From assembly GCA_964412165.1 (NCBI GenBank), contig CAYPMW010000001.1, positions 16,316 to 80,315 on the forward strand: a stretch of DNA of 64,000 nt, given 5' to 3'. Of this stretch, positions 20,767 through 30,143 are shown in pieces. The stretch comes from an uncultured Gammaproteobacteria bacterium. GTDB lineage: Bacteria; Patescibacteriota; Microgenomatia; UBA10105. The number at the start of each line of letters is the position of its first letter. The first letter of the stretch is position 1. A model generated the notes under the pieces. It was not told where the DNA came from. It did not search any database and saw nothing but the letters and a program-made list of their open reading frames with translations. Both the position numbers and the translations under genes were made by a program.

Positions 20767-21860
20767 GAATTGGTATCGATGCACGATTATGGAATGAAAC
20801 TGGTGTGGGGAGGTACATCAGAGCATTAGTAAAATATTTACAAAAAATTGATGATAAAAATGAATATATACTGTTTGTTAAAAAAAATGAATATGATTCT
20901 TTACAATTGACAAATGCTCGATGGCGGCTGTTGCTTGCAGATATAAACTGGCATACACTTTCCGAACAATTTGATATACCAAAATTATATATGCAAGCCC
21001 ACCTAGACCTGGTGCATATCCCTTATTTTTCTGTTCCTTATTTTATTTCAAATTCTTTTATTGTCACCATTCATGATTTGACAATATCCAATTTTGCCAC
21101 AGGAAAAGCGACTACCAAACCATGGCCTATATATTTATTAAAAAGACTAGGATATCAGTTTGTACTTTCACATGCACTTTCTAAAGCCAAGCTCATCATC
21201 ACTGTGTCACAAACAGTCAAAAATCAGATTCTTGATACTTATCCGGTAAAGGCGGATAAAATACATGTCACCTATGAGGCGGGAGAACTGGAATATAATT
21301 CAAAAGGCAATACTCGTGTTCCTAAAAAATACATCCTGTACGTCGGTAATGCACATCCACATAAAAATTTAGAACGATTACTGGGTGCATTTAATACATT
21401 AGCTCACATTAATAAAGATTTAAAATTGGTGCTTATTGGAAAACACGATTATTTCTACCAGAGACTCATGAAAAAAATCTCGGACAGGAAGTTACCAGGT
21501 GTAATATTTGTAGGCACAGTTAATAATGGTGAATTGAATATTTGGTATAAACATGCTTTGTGTCTTGTATTTCCTTCTCTATCAGAAGGATTTGGCATCC
21601 CAGGACTTGAGGCAATGGGTTGTGGATGTCCAGTGGTTGCCTCTGATCTACCAATCTTTCATGAAATATATCATGACGCGGCACTTTATTTTGATCCGGG
21701 AGACACTCTTGATATTTCAAATTCTATTCAATCACTGATCGTTGATCAAAAAAAACGCTCAGCCTTAATCAGTAAGGGTAAGCAAATCTTCAAGCTGTAC
21801 AGTTGGGAAAAAATGGCGAGAGAAACTAATATTTTATATGAAAGTAGCACTCGTTTATGA
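20754..21860 (+). CDS. GT4 glycosyltransferase (MtfB-like); start may be ATG 20763
   Basis: IGIDAR, GVGRY, PHKN, EGFGIPGLEAM. Confidence 0.92.
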   Translation: MEIMRIGIDARLWNETGVGRYIRALVKYLQKIDDKNEYILFVKKNEYDSLQLTNARWRLLLADINWHTLSEQFDIPKLYMQAHLDLVHIPYFSVPYFISNSFIVTIHDLTISNFATGKATTKPWPIYLLKRLGYQFVLSHALSKAKLIITVSQTVKNQILDTYPVKADKIHVTYEAGELEYNSKGNTRVPKKYILYVGNAHPHKNLERLLGAFNTLAHINKDLKLVLIGKHDYFYQRLMKKISDRKLPGVIFVGTVNNGELNIWYKHALCLVFPSLSEGFGIPGLEAMGCGCPVVASDLPIFHEIYHDAALYFDPGDTLDISNSIQSLIVDQKKRSALISKGKQIFKLYSWEKMARETNILYESSTRL

Positions 21861-22941
21861 TCACGTTAATAAAATAGGAGGAGCTGAAAGAATTTTAATA
21901 TTGCTTCATGAAATTTATCCCGAAGCTCCTCTTTATACCGCTGTATATAATAAAAGCGATGCCCAGTGGGCCTCTGTATTTAAAGTTACACCCTCCTTCA
22001 TGCAGTATTTACCCTTTGCAAAATCTAATCATGAGTTTTACCCTTGTTTGCCAATTTTTGCGTTTGAACATTTCCGTTTTGATTCATACGACGTGATAAT
22101 ATCGGTAACATCTGCTGAAGCAAAATGTATTATTACTTCGCCAAATACACTCCATATATGCTATTTACTGACCCCCACTAGATTTATTTGGACTCATTTT
22201 ACTGATTATTTTAAAAATCCATATCTCAAAACTCTCGGATTACCTTTTGTCTCGGCGATGCGTATATGGGATCAATTCGTCTCTCGGCGTCCAGATAAGT
22301 ATGTAGCCATTTCTCAAACAGTAGCCAAACGCATTGAAAAATACTATAATATTTCCCCGCTAATAGTTTATCCCGGCGTAGATGCTGATAGTTATCGGCC
22401 TCTGAACATGCAAAAAAAATCAGGTAAATACTTTCTGATCGTTTCACGTTTAGTTTCGTACAAGCGGATTGATATTGCCATAGAAGCATGTAATGCACTA
22501 CAAATCCCGTTGGTTATTATAGGTAAAGGGAAGGATTATAATGCTTTGCACTCTAGAGCTGGTAGGACAATCTTATTTGTTCATAGCTTGACCGATGATG
22601 AGCTTATTTCGTATTATCAAAATTGTCGTGCATTGATTTTTCCGCAGGAGGAAGATTTCGGTTTAACCGCAGTTGAAGCACTAGCCTGTGGAAAACCGGT
22701 AATCGCATTTCGGAGCGGGGGAGCACTGGAAATAATATCCGAGGGGCTTACGGGAGAATTTTTTTCCCCTCAGACAGCGGAGGCGTTAATAGAAGTTTTG
22801 AAACATTTTGATGAAAAAAAATACGCTGCGTCAGCATGCCGGAATCGTTCACTACGATTTTCAAAAAACCTATTTGTCAAGGAATTTTCGCAGCTGGTGA
22901 AGGAAGAATGGAATCGATTTAAAGATTCCTTATATATATGA
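21838..22941 (+). CDS. GT4 mannosyltransferase (WbaZ-like)
   Basis: GGAER, SRLVSYKRID, EEDFGLTAVEA. Confidence 0.9.
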   Translation: MKVALVYDHVNKIGGAERILILLHEIYPEAPLYTAVYNKSDAQWASVFKVTPSFMQYLPFAKSNHEFYPCLPIFAFEHFRFDSYDVIISVTSAEAKCIITSPNTLHICYLLTPTRFIWTHFTDYFKNPYLKTLGLPFVSAMRIWDQFVSRRPDKYVAISQTVAKRIEKYYNISPLIVYPGVDADSYRPLNMQKKSGKYFLIVSRLVSYKRIDIAIEACNALQIPLVIIGKGKDYNALHSRAGRTILFVHSLTDDELISYYQNCRALIFPQEEDFGLTAVEALACGKPVIAFRSGGALEIISEGLTGEFFSPQTAEALIEVLKHFDEKKYAASACRNRSLRFSKNLFVKEFSQLVKEEWNRFKDSLYI

Positions 22942-24020
22942 AAACTGTTATTTTTGCGGGTGGGGTAGGCACCAGATTATGGCCACTGTCTCGCAAACAT
23001 TCTCCGAAGCAATTTGAAAAAATCATCGGTGATAAATCAACACTGCAGCTTGCTGCACACCGACTTCAACCAGATTTCAATTGGTCAGATATATATGTTT
23101 CAACTGGTATTTCCTATATCAATATCGTAAAAACGCAACTTCCTCAGATTCCTCCGGGTAATATTATTGGGGAGCCGAAAATGCGTGATGTGGGACCGGC
23201 GGTAGGGCTGATGACCTCGATTCTAGCAAAAGAATCACCCTATGAGCCTATGTTGATTTTATGGAGCGATCATCTCGTAAAAAATGAAGAACTTTTTCGA
23301 AAAATACTGTCTGTAGCTGGTAATTTTATTAAAAAGGATTATGAAAAAATAATTTTTATTTCACAAAGACCGCGGTTTGCGAGTGAAAATCTGGGATGGA
23401 TTGAATACGGTGACATCGTATCTACTGTGCAGGGTATACATTTTAATACATTTATCGATTTTCAATACCGTCCTGATGCTGCTACAGCACAAAAGTATTT
23501 TAAAAGCGGTCAACATGCATGGAATTTAGGCTATTTTATTACTACTCCAAAATATTTATGGGATCAATATGAGCGTTTTGCACCAAATCTCCATAAAAAC
23601 ATTCAGAAGATACAAAGAGCATGGGGTACTGATAATTTCAGTGATACCATGGATACAATTTATCCACAGCTTGAGAAAATCTCCTTCGATAATGCCATAC
23701 TTGAAAAACTTAATCCTTCTCAGGCACTGGTGATTTCAGAAAATATAGGATGGAGTGATATAGGTGCATGGGAGGCGCTAAAAGAAGCGCAAGAAAATAC
23801 AGCTGATAAAAATGTGACACAGGGGAAGGTGCTTCTCACTGATACCAGAGATTCTTTAATTTATAATTTTACAGATCAAACTGTAGTGACTATCGATTTG
23901 GACGCTGTTTTGGTGATAAATACGGACGATATAATTCTAGTATGTAAAAAATCTTCCGTACCCAAAATCAAAAAGTTAGTAGAAAGTTTTTCGAACACAG
24001 AGAACGAAAAGTTCACCTAA
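22938..24020 (+). CDS. manC: Mannose-1-phosphate guanylyltransferase (no PMI domain)
   Basis: AGGVGTRLWPLSR..PKQF, SDH, ISFD.AILEK, WSDIGAW. Confidence 0.88.
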   Translation: MKTVIFAGGVGTRLWPLSRKHSPKQFEKIIGDKSTLQLAAHRLQPDFNWSDIYVSTGISYINIVKTQLPQIPPGNIIGEPKMRDVGPAVGLMTSILAKESPYEPMLILWSDHLVKNEELFRKILSVAGNFIKKDYEKIIFISQRPRFASENLGWIEYGDIVSTVQGIHFNTFIDFQYRPDAATAQKYFKSGQHAWNLGYFITTPKYLWDQYERFAPNLHKNIQKIQRAWGTDNFSDTMDTIYPQLEKISFDNAILEKLNPSQALVISENIGWSDIGAWEALKEAQENTADKNVTQGKVLLTDTRDSLIYNFTDQTVVTIDLDAVLVINTDDIILVCKKSSVPKIKKLVESFSNTENEKFT

Positions 24021-24656
24021 ATGTATACTTTAATAAAACGTGTAATTGATATTTTAGGAGGAGTTCTATTGACGATTATTTTTTCCATACCCGCACTAAT
24101 AGTCGTAATAGCCATTAAATTTGATTCACCAGGTCCTGTGCTTGCGGATACTCCTGAACGTGTAGGTCAAAATGGAAAATTGTTTAAATTATTTAAATTT
24201 CGTTCAATGATAATGAATGCTCATCATCTTCTCCATAACGACCCTAAATTTAATAAATTATATAAACAGTATAAAAAAAATAGTTATAAACTTTATCAAG
24301 ACCCCAGAGTTACACAGGTGGGAAAGTTTATCAGAAAACACTCGCTTGATGAATTACCTCAGCTATTCAATGTTATCAGAGGGGATATGAGTCTTGTTGG
24401 GCCAAGGCCATATTATCCAGATGAATTAGTCGAACAGCAAAAAAAATATCCTCACACTCGAGAATTAGTCGAAATTGTTTTATCTGCAAAACCAGGGATT
24501 ACTGGTGAATGGCAGGTATCAGGGAGAAGTGAAGTCAATTTCGATAAGCGGATTAAAATTGATGCAGAATATGTGAAACGAAAATCTCTCCTACATGATC
24601 TTAAGATTTTACTCAAGAGTCCATTAGCCATGATTACAGGAAAAGGAGCTGTTTGA
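24021..24656 (+). CDS. Priming undecaprenyl-phosphate sugar phosphotransferase (Bac_transf, PglC-like minimal architecture)
   Basis: KRVIDI, FKFRSM, DPRVT, SLDELPQL..V..GDMSLVGPRP, KPGITG.WQV. Confidence 0.93.
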   Translation: MYTLIKRVIDILGGVLLTIIFSIPALIVVIAIKFDSPGPVLADTPERVGQNGKLFKLFKFRSMIMNAHHLLHNDPKFNKLYKQYKKNSYKLYQDPRVTQVGKFIRKHSLDELPQLFNVIRGDMSLVGPRPYYPDELVEQQKKYPHTRELVEIVLSAKPGITGEWQVSGRSEVNFDKRIKIDAEYVKRKSLLHDLKILLKSPLAMITGKGAV

Positions 24657-24703
24657 ATTATTAGACCGTATAGATTATATTTATATTTTTGTAATGCGAA
24701 TGT

Positions 24704-26746
24704 ATGAAAAACTTATTCCCAACGTTAAAATTATCTCATGAAAGCGAAGTTATTACACCCCAACTTGAGCCAAAAACCAATACAGAAACATCTCAAGGTG
24801 ATGTATTGATTAGGAAACTGAGTATTTCTTCTAGTATAAAACCCAAGCGTAAATTTGGGATCTTCAAGAGAATACTCCTGGTTATAATACTTATGATTAT
24901 CGTTACAGGAGGAATAAGTATTATATGGGGAGTATTACCTGCGAAAAAAGCATACGATGAAGGAAATAAATTAATTACTGTAGGTAAAGAACTCTCGGAT
25001 TCGCTAAAAAATCAGGATTTGGAACAAGCAAAACAGAAATTACCAGAGGTACGCAGTCAGCTTGAAAGAACTCAAACCGCATGGAGTGGGGTATATCTAC
25101 TTAAATTTGTTCCTTATCTTAATTTATACCATCAGGATGTGGCACATGGCTTAAATGCGGCTTTATACGGCTTAGAAGCACTTGATACCTCAATTTCGGC
25201 GATTGAGCCTTACGCTGATCTTCTTGGGCTTAAAGCAGGTTCAAGTTTCGTATCCGGTTCGGCGGATGAACGGTTACAGCTGGCTGTGAAAACCATGGAC
25301 AAAGTAACTCCTAAGATCAAAGATATAGCCGCCAGCATTGTGAAACTCCAGGAAGAGATTAGTTTAGTTGATCCTAAGAGATATCCTGAAAAAATTAAAG
25401 GTATTTCCGTTAGACCTCGTATTATCGATGGCAAACAGTTAATAGACGACTCGGCAAATTTATTTTTGAGTGCTCAACCACTGCTGGAAATATTACCCCA
25501 GCTTCTCGGAGAACCGGCGTCAAAAAAATATTTGGTTATCTTTCAAAATGACAAAGAATTACGGCCAACTGGTGGTTTTATGACCGCATACGCGATTTTT
25601 AAGATCGAACAGGGAAAATTTATTGTGGAAAAATCAGAAGATATTTATGAGCTTGATAATCGCATTAAAACAAAACGACCTGCTCCTCTGGAAATTCTCA
25701 CCTATCACAAAGAAGTTTATTCATTGTATATCAGAGACAGCAATTTATCTCCAGATTTCCGGATGTCGATGGCGACATTTCAGGAAATGTACCCTGATAA
25801 ATTTGATTTTGACGGAATTATTGCTGTAGATACCCATGTTCTTGTTGAGGCAATTAAAATACTCGGGTCATTCAATATATCAGGAAGAGAGTTTAGTGCA
25901 GAAATCGATAAGCGCTGCGAATGTCCCAAGGTCATTTATGAACTTGAAGATTACGCCACCCGCCCAGTTGCCTATGTGCGAGATACGCGAAAGGATATCA
26001 TAGGACAACTCCTTTATGAAATCATGAAAAAAGCTTTGGGTGTGTCACCGTCCCAGTATTGGGGAAACCTTTTCCAGATGGGACTTCGTGAAATAAATGA
26101 AAAACATATTCTGGCGTGGATGAAAGATGAAAAAGCACAACAAGGTATCGAATCGCTCAATATGGGAGGACGAATTGCCGGAGAAAACATCATTTTAGAG
26201 TACAAAGACAATCAAGGGTGGGACTATATACATATCAATGATTCTAATATGGCAGGGGCAAAATCAAACTTATTCGTACATCATTTTGTCACCCAGAATT
26301 ATGAGGTCGTTGGAGACGGAGAAATCGTCAAAACAGTTACGCTTCAATACAAAAATCCGTATCCCCATTCGGATTGTGGTTTAGAATCAGGGGGGTTATG
26401 TTTAAATGCTTTACTAAGAAACTGGTTTAGGGTATATGTACCTAAAGGAAGTGTACTCATAGAAAGTAAAGGTAGTCAATCACCCAAAGATGGAAAAAGC
26501 GAAGTTGTCAAGGTGAAAGAAGAGCTAGGTAAAACCGTTCTTGAAGGATTTACTGAAGTTAAGCCGTTAGGGAAAGCAGAAGTGGTGATAAAATATAGAT
26601 TACCAATGAGAAAAACAGGAGAGCTTAAATCACTTATACAAAAACAGCCGGGAACAGATGGTCATCAGTATCATATAGAAGTTATGGGTAAAGAGATTGC
26701 TAAATTTAATTTAACGACCGATAAAGTCATCACTGTACCCTTATGA
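24704..26746 (+). CDS. DUF4012-domain membrane-anchored protein
   Basis: Single TM, helical stalk, YLVIFQN..ELRPTGGF, RDSNLSPDF, DGIIAVD. Confidence 0.8.
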   Translation: MKNLFPTLKLSHESEVITPQLEPKTNTETSQGDVLIRKLSISSSIKPKRKFGIFKRILLVIILMIIVTGGISIIWGVLPAKKAYDEGNKLITVGKELSDSLKNQDLEQAKQKLPEVRSQLERTQTAWSGVYLLKFVPYLNLYHQDVAHGLNAALYGLEALDTSISAIEPYADLLGLKAGSSFVSGSADERLQLAVKTMDKVTPKIKDIAASIVKLQEEISLVDPKRYPEKIKGISVRPRIIDGKQLIDDSANLFLSAQPLLEILPQLLGEPASKKYLVIFQNDKELRPTGGFMTAYAIFKIEQGKFIVEKSEDIYELDNRIKTKRPAPLEILTYHKEVYSLYIRDSNLSPDFRMSMATFQEMYPDKFDFDGIIAVDTHVLVEAIKILGSFNISGREFSAEIDKRCECPKVIYELEDYATRPVAYVRDTRKDIIGQLLYEIMKKALGVSPSQYWGNLFQMGLREINEKHILAWMKDEKAQQGIESLNMGGRIAGENIILEYKDNQGWDYIHINDSNMAGAKSNLFVHHFVTQNYEVVGDGEIVKTVTLQYKNPYPHSDCGLESGGLCLNALLRNWFRVYVPKGSVLIESKGSQSPKDGKSEVVKVKEELGKTVLEGFTEVKPLGKAEVVIKYRLPMRKTGELKSLIQKQPGTDGHQYHIEVMGKEIAKFNLTTDKVITVPL

Positions 26747-27297
26747 CAAGAACTTATAAAACACAAGGTATTATATTATCTCGTCAAAATACAGGTGAAG
26801 CTGACCGAATTATCACACTTTTCAGTAAGCATTTCGGTAAGAAAGTACTCCGTGCGAAAGGCATTAGGAAAATTAAAAGCCGGCGTGCACCATATTTAGA
26901 ACCTTTTTCCCATGTTGATATTTTTTGTCATAAGGGTAAATCATTGGATATCATCACCGAAGTTCAATCGATTGAACCGTATTCATTCATAAGAAGCCGA
27001 CTCGAGAGAGTGGGCTTTGCTTTAAGCGTTCTTGAAATAGTGGATAGATTAACTCCACAACATCAAGAATCAATCGAAGTTTACCTTAAATTAATAGAGT
27101 TTCTCGCCTATCTTAACGATCCAATTACCACTAGAGTTCAGGTAGAATTAATGCTTAAAAATTTTAAACGGAATATACTCATTAGTTTGGGTTTTCTGAA
27201 TAGTGAAAGTATGATAGCAAACACTGATCGTTTGATAGAGTCAATATCTGAGAGAAAACTCAAAAGTCCGCAATTATTGATGTCTTTAAGCCCATAA
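26743..27297 (+). CDS. recO: DNA repair protein RecO (short, no Zn finger)
   Basis: GIIL....GEADRIITLFS...GK...AKGIRK..SR. Confidence 0.9.
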   Translation: MTRTYKTQGIILSRQNTGEADRIITLFSKHFGKKVLRAKGIRKIKSRRAPYLEPFSHVDIFCHKGKSLDIITEVQSIEPYSFIRSRLERVGFALSVLEIVDRLTPQHQESIEVYLKLIEFLAYLNDPITTRVQVELMLKNFKRNILISLGFLNSESMIANTDRLIESISERKLKSPQLLMSLSP

Positions 27298-27375
27298 CAG
27301 TAGGGTAAAGATAGAGAACGCTAATTTATAACAGGTTTCACAGACCAATTTTCTGCCCGAGACATCGTATTTGTT

Positions 27376-28551
27376 TTGAAACGAATCTATTTATTTTTCG
27401 TCATCTGGTTTTTTATAACGCAAAGTTTCCAGTGGGTTGCGTATAATAGGCTTAGATTGGTACAGCCGGATAATAAATATTGTAAGCGAGAATATGGTTG
27501 CAATATCTTTATTCCCTCTTCATTTGATTTTCTCACCATGCATTCACGTTGGGATAGTGAATGGTATATCAAAATTGCCCAAACGGGTTATGATTTTTCA
27601 GAAACTGCACAATCAAGTGTGAACTTTTTCCCCTTTTATCCCTGGCTGATTGGTTCACTCTCACATATTATTCCAGATTTTAAAACGGTAAAAAATAGTA
27701 ACTATATTCTCTCTGGTTTTATCATATCCGTTATGTCACTACTGATAGTTATTGGTGTATTATATAACTTATTTCGGGATAAGTGGGGAGTTGAAGTGGC
27801 AGAAAATGCAATTCTGGCAATGCTTACTTTTCCAACCTCTTTTTTCTTCACAGCTGTCTACACAGAATCAGTATTTCTACTCTTTTCCGTTCTCTTATTT
27901 TACTTTTGCAAAAGGAAAAAATTTGTTTGGGCGGCTTTGACTGGATTTTTTGCCGCGCTCACTCGCCCGGTAGGGGTTTTACTCATCATACCCTATAGTA
28001 TAGAACTGGTCTATTCCAGAAAGCTCATTACCAAGAATCAGTTTTATATAGGCCTTTGTAGCTTATTATTTATTACATTAGGGCTGTTTTGGTATATGGT
28101 ACTATTAACATCTCACTATGGTCGGCCGTTTGCATTTATTGAAGCCGCACAGAAATGGGGGAGAGGAAAACCAGCAGAAATAACAAGTTGGGGAAACTAC
28201 ACAAACCTACTAAAATATTTGAATTACGAATACTACTTTTCCGAATCAAGCAGAGCTCACTTGGCACTCGAAACACTTTTTTTAATATTTGGAATTGTGT
28301 TCAGTATAGTGTTAATTATTGACCGAAATATTTCTTATGGTATATGGGCACTTGTTTCAGTACTATTTCCACTATCTAATGGTATCCTTCTCAGCCAAGG
28401 ACGCTATTCCGTCGTAGTTTTTCCCCTGTTTCTTAGTTTAGCTAAAGTAATTACTGGTAATAAATTTCTAACTTTTGGATATTTCACTACTTCAGTACTG
28501 GTATTAAGTTTAGAAACTATATTATTTGTAAATGGCCATTGGGCAGGTTAA
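27376..28551 (+). CDS. PIG-V/GT76-like (Mannosyl_trans2) membrane mannosyltransferase
   Basis: RWDSEWY..IA..GY, FFPFYP, YTESVFL, TRPVG, RY. Confidence 0.85.
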   Translation: MKRIYLFFVIWFFITQSFQWVAYNRLRLVQPDNKYCKREYGCNIFIPSSFDFLTMHSRWDSEWYIKIAQTGYDFSETAQSSVNFFPFYPWLIGSLSHIIPDFKTVKNSNYILSGFIISVMSLLIVIGVLYNLFRDKWGVEVAENAILAMLTFPTSFFFTAVYTESVFLLFSVLLFYFCKRKKFVWAALTGFFAALTRPVGVLLIIPYSIELVYSRKLITKNQFYIGLCSLLFITLGLFWYMVLLTSHYGRPFAFIEAAQKWGRGKPAEITSWGNYTNLLKYLNYEYYFSESSRAHLALETLFLIFGIVFSIVLIIDRNISYGIWALVSVLFPLSNGILLSQGRYSVVVFPLFLSLAKVITGNKFLTFGYFTTSVLVLSLETILFVNGHWAG

Positions 28552-28571
28552 AAAGCTGTATAACACTTGCA

Positions 28572-28599
28572 TTGACAAAAAAAAGGGCTAATTTATAAT
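28572..28599 (+). promoter_or_regulatory. Sigma70 promoter of glyQS
   Basis: TTGACA-16 nt-TATAAT. Confidence 0.7.
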
Positions 28600-28623
28600 A
28601 ATGTATACGGTAATATCTCAAAA

Positions 28624-28732
28624 GCATGAGGGTACGGTGTGGTCTATACGCCCTGTATGCATTCGTAACAGGGAAAAAGGGTAGTATAACGATTTTTATT
28701 AACTCGTCCCTTATTTCCGGGACGGGTTTTTT
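28624..28732 (+). promoter_or_regulatory. T-box-like attenuator leader of glyQS with non-canonical bulge
   Basis: Hairpin 28624-28660; antiterminator AAGGG-[TAGTATA]-ACGA / TCGT-CCCTT; mutually exclusive terminator. Confidence 0.6.
28703..28732 (+). terminator. Intrinsic terminator in glyQS leader
   Basis: CTCGTCCC/GGGACGGG stem plus T6, 7 nt before ATG 28740. Confidence 0.75.
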
Positions 28733-28739
28733 AGTGAGT

Positions 28740-30143
28740 ATGAATCAATTGGACAAGATAATCAGTTTATGTAAGCGCCGGGGATTTGTCTTTCCCACGA
28801 GCGAAATCTATGGTGGAATGTCAAGCTCGTATGATTACGGTCCATTGGGGGTAGAAATGCTTCGTAGTCTCCGTGATCTTTTTTGGGCAGAATTCGTACA
28901 CAGTCGTGATGATATGGTTGGTCTCGATACGCAAATTCTTCTTCATCCGACTACCTGGATTGCTTCTGGTCATGTGAGTTCTTTCACTGATCCCTTGGTA
29001 GAAGATAAAGTATCTCACAAAAGATACCGTGCAGACCATTTGATTGAAGCATATATTACCGGGCATCCAAATCTCAAAACTGGATCTCACGATCCTAAAA
29101 CTATGACTTTGGATGAGATGGCAAAGTTTATAAAAACATATCTAATAAAAAGTCCTGAAGGGAATGAGATATCCGAGCCAAAGAGATTTAATCTTTTGTT
29201 TGAAACCAAATTGGGTGCGGTAGAAAATACTCAGTCTACACTCTACCTCCGGGGTGAAACTGCGCAGGGAATATTTTCAAATTTTAAAAACGTACTTGAT
29301 TCAACGAGACTAGAACTGCCATTTGGGATTGCCCAAATCGGTAAAGCATTTCGAAACGAAATCACCACAGGACAATTTATATTCCGCACTATTGAACTTG
29401 AACAGGCCGAGATAGAATATTTTTTTAATGCTGACGAAGTGGAATGGCAGAAATTATATGAGTATTGGCGGGAGACGATATGGAATTTCCTGATACATAA
29501 AGTTGGACTCAAGTCAACCCGCCTGCGCTGGAGGAGACATACTGATATAGAAAGAAGCCATTACAGTAAGGAAACATATGATCTCGATTTTGATTATCCG
29601 TTTGGATGGAAGGAACTGTGTGGCTTGGCGTACCGCACAAATTACGACTTGAGTCAACATATGAAATATTCAGGAGCGTCTTTAGAATACGTAGACAAAG
29701 AGACCGGTAGTAAAATCATTCCCCATGTAATTGAACCATCAATAGGACTAAACCGTTTACTATTGTCACTTTTGGTAAATGGTTACTTCGAAGATGGGGA
29801 TCGCGTAGTGCTTAAATTGCACCCTCAAATAGCTCCAATAACAGCGGCAGTTTTTCCATTAGTGGCAAATAAACCTGATTTAGTGCGTAAGGCGCGTGAT
29901 ATATTCAATCGTATGAGGCAGGCAGGGATAAAGACAACCTGGGACGATAGAGGAAATATTGGTAAACGATATTTTTCCCAAGATGAAATCGGAACACCTT
30001 GGTGCATCACTGTGGATTATGATACACTTTCTTTTGATAGCGTCACAGTTCGTGATAGAGATACTAAAAAGCAAGAGCGCGTCGAAATATCTTTGCTACC
30101 TAAATATATAATAAACCGTATGATCCAGAAAGGAGTATTATAA
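28740..30143 (+). CDS. glyQS: Glycine--tRNA ligase, alpha2 (GlyRS1) type
   Basis: KRRGFVF..SEIYGG..YDYGPLG, YLRGETAQG, GKAFRNEI, IEPSIG, DEIGTP; start at MNQLDK. Confidence 0.95.
   Translation: MNQLDKIISLCKRRGFVFPTSEIYGGMSSSYDYGPLGVEMLRSLRDLFWAEFVHSRDDMVGLDTQILLHPTTWIASGHVSSFTDPLVEDKVSHKRYRADHLIEAYITGHPNLKTGSHDPKTMTLDEMAKFIKTYLIKSPEGNEISEPKRFNLLFETKLGAVENTQSTLYLRGETAQGIFSNFKNVLDSTRLELPFGIAQIGKAFRNEITTGQFIFRTIELEQAEIEYFFNADEVEWQKLYEYWRETIWNFLIHKVGLKSTRLRWRRHTDIERSHYSKETYDLDFDYPFGWKELCGLAYRTNYDLSQHMKYSGASLEYVDKETGSKIIPHVIEPSIGLNRLLLSLLVNGYFEDGDRVVLKLHPQIAPITAAVFPLVANKPDLVRKARDIFNRMRQAGIKTTWDDRGNIGKRYFSQDEIGTPWCITVDYDTLSFDSVTVRDRDTKKQERVEISLLPKYIINRMIQKGVL

Noticed and set aside
23660-23668. 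DnaA box TTATCCACA
   Set aside because: Isolated and inside manC; no cluster or origin context
28626-28739. 38-codon N-terminal extension of glyQS in the ORF track
   Set aside because: Spans the leader and terminator; homology starts at ATG 28740
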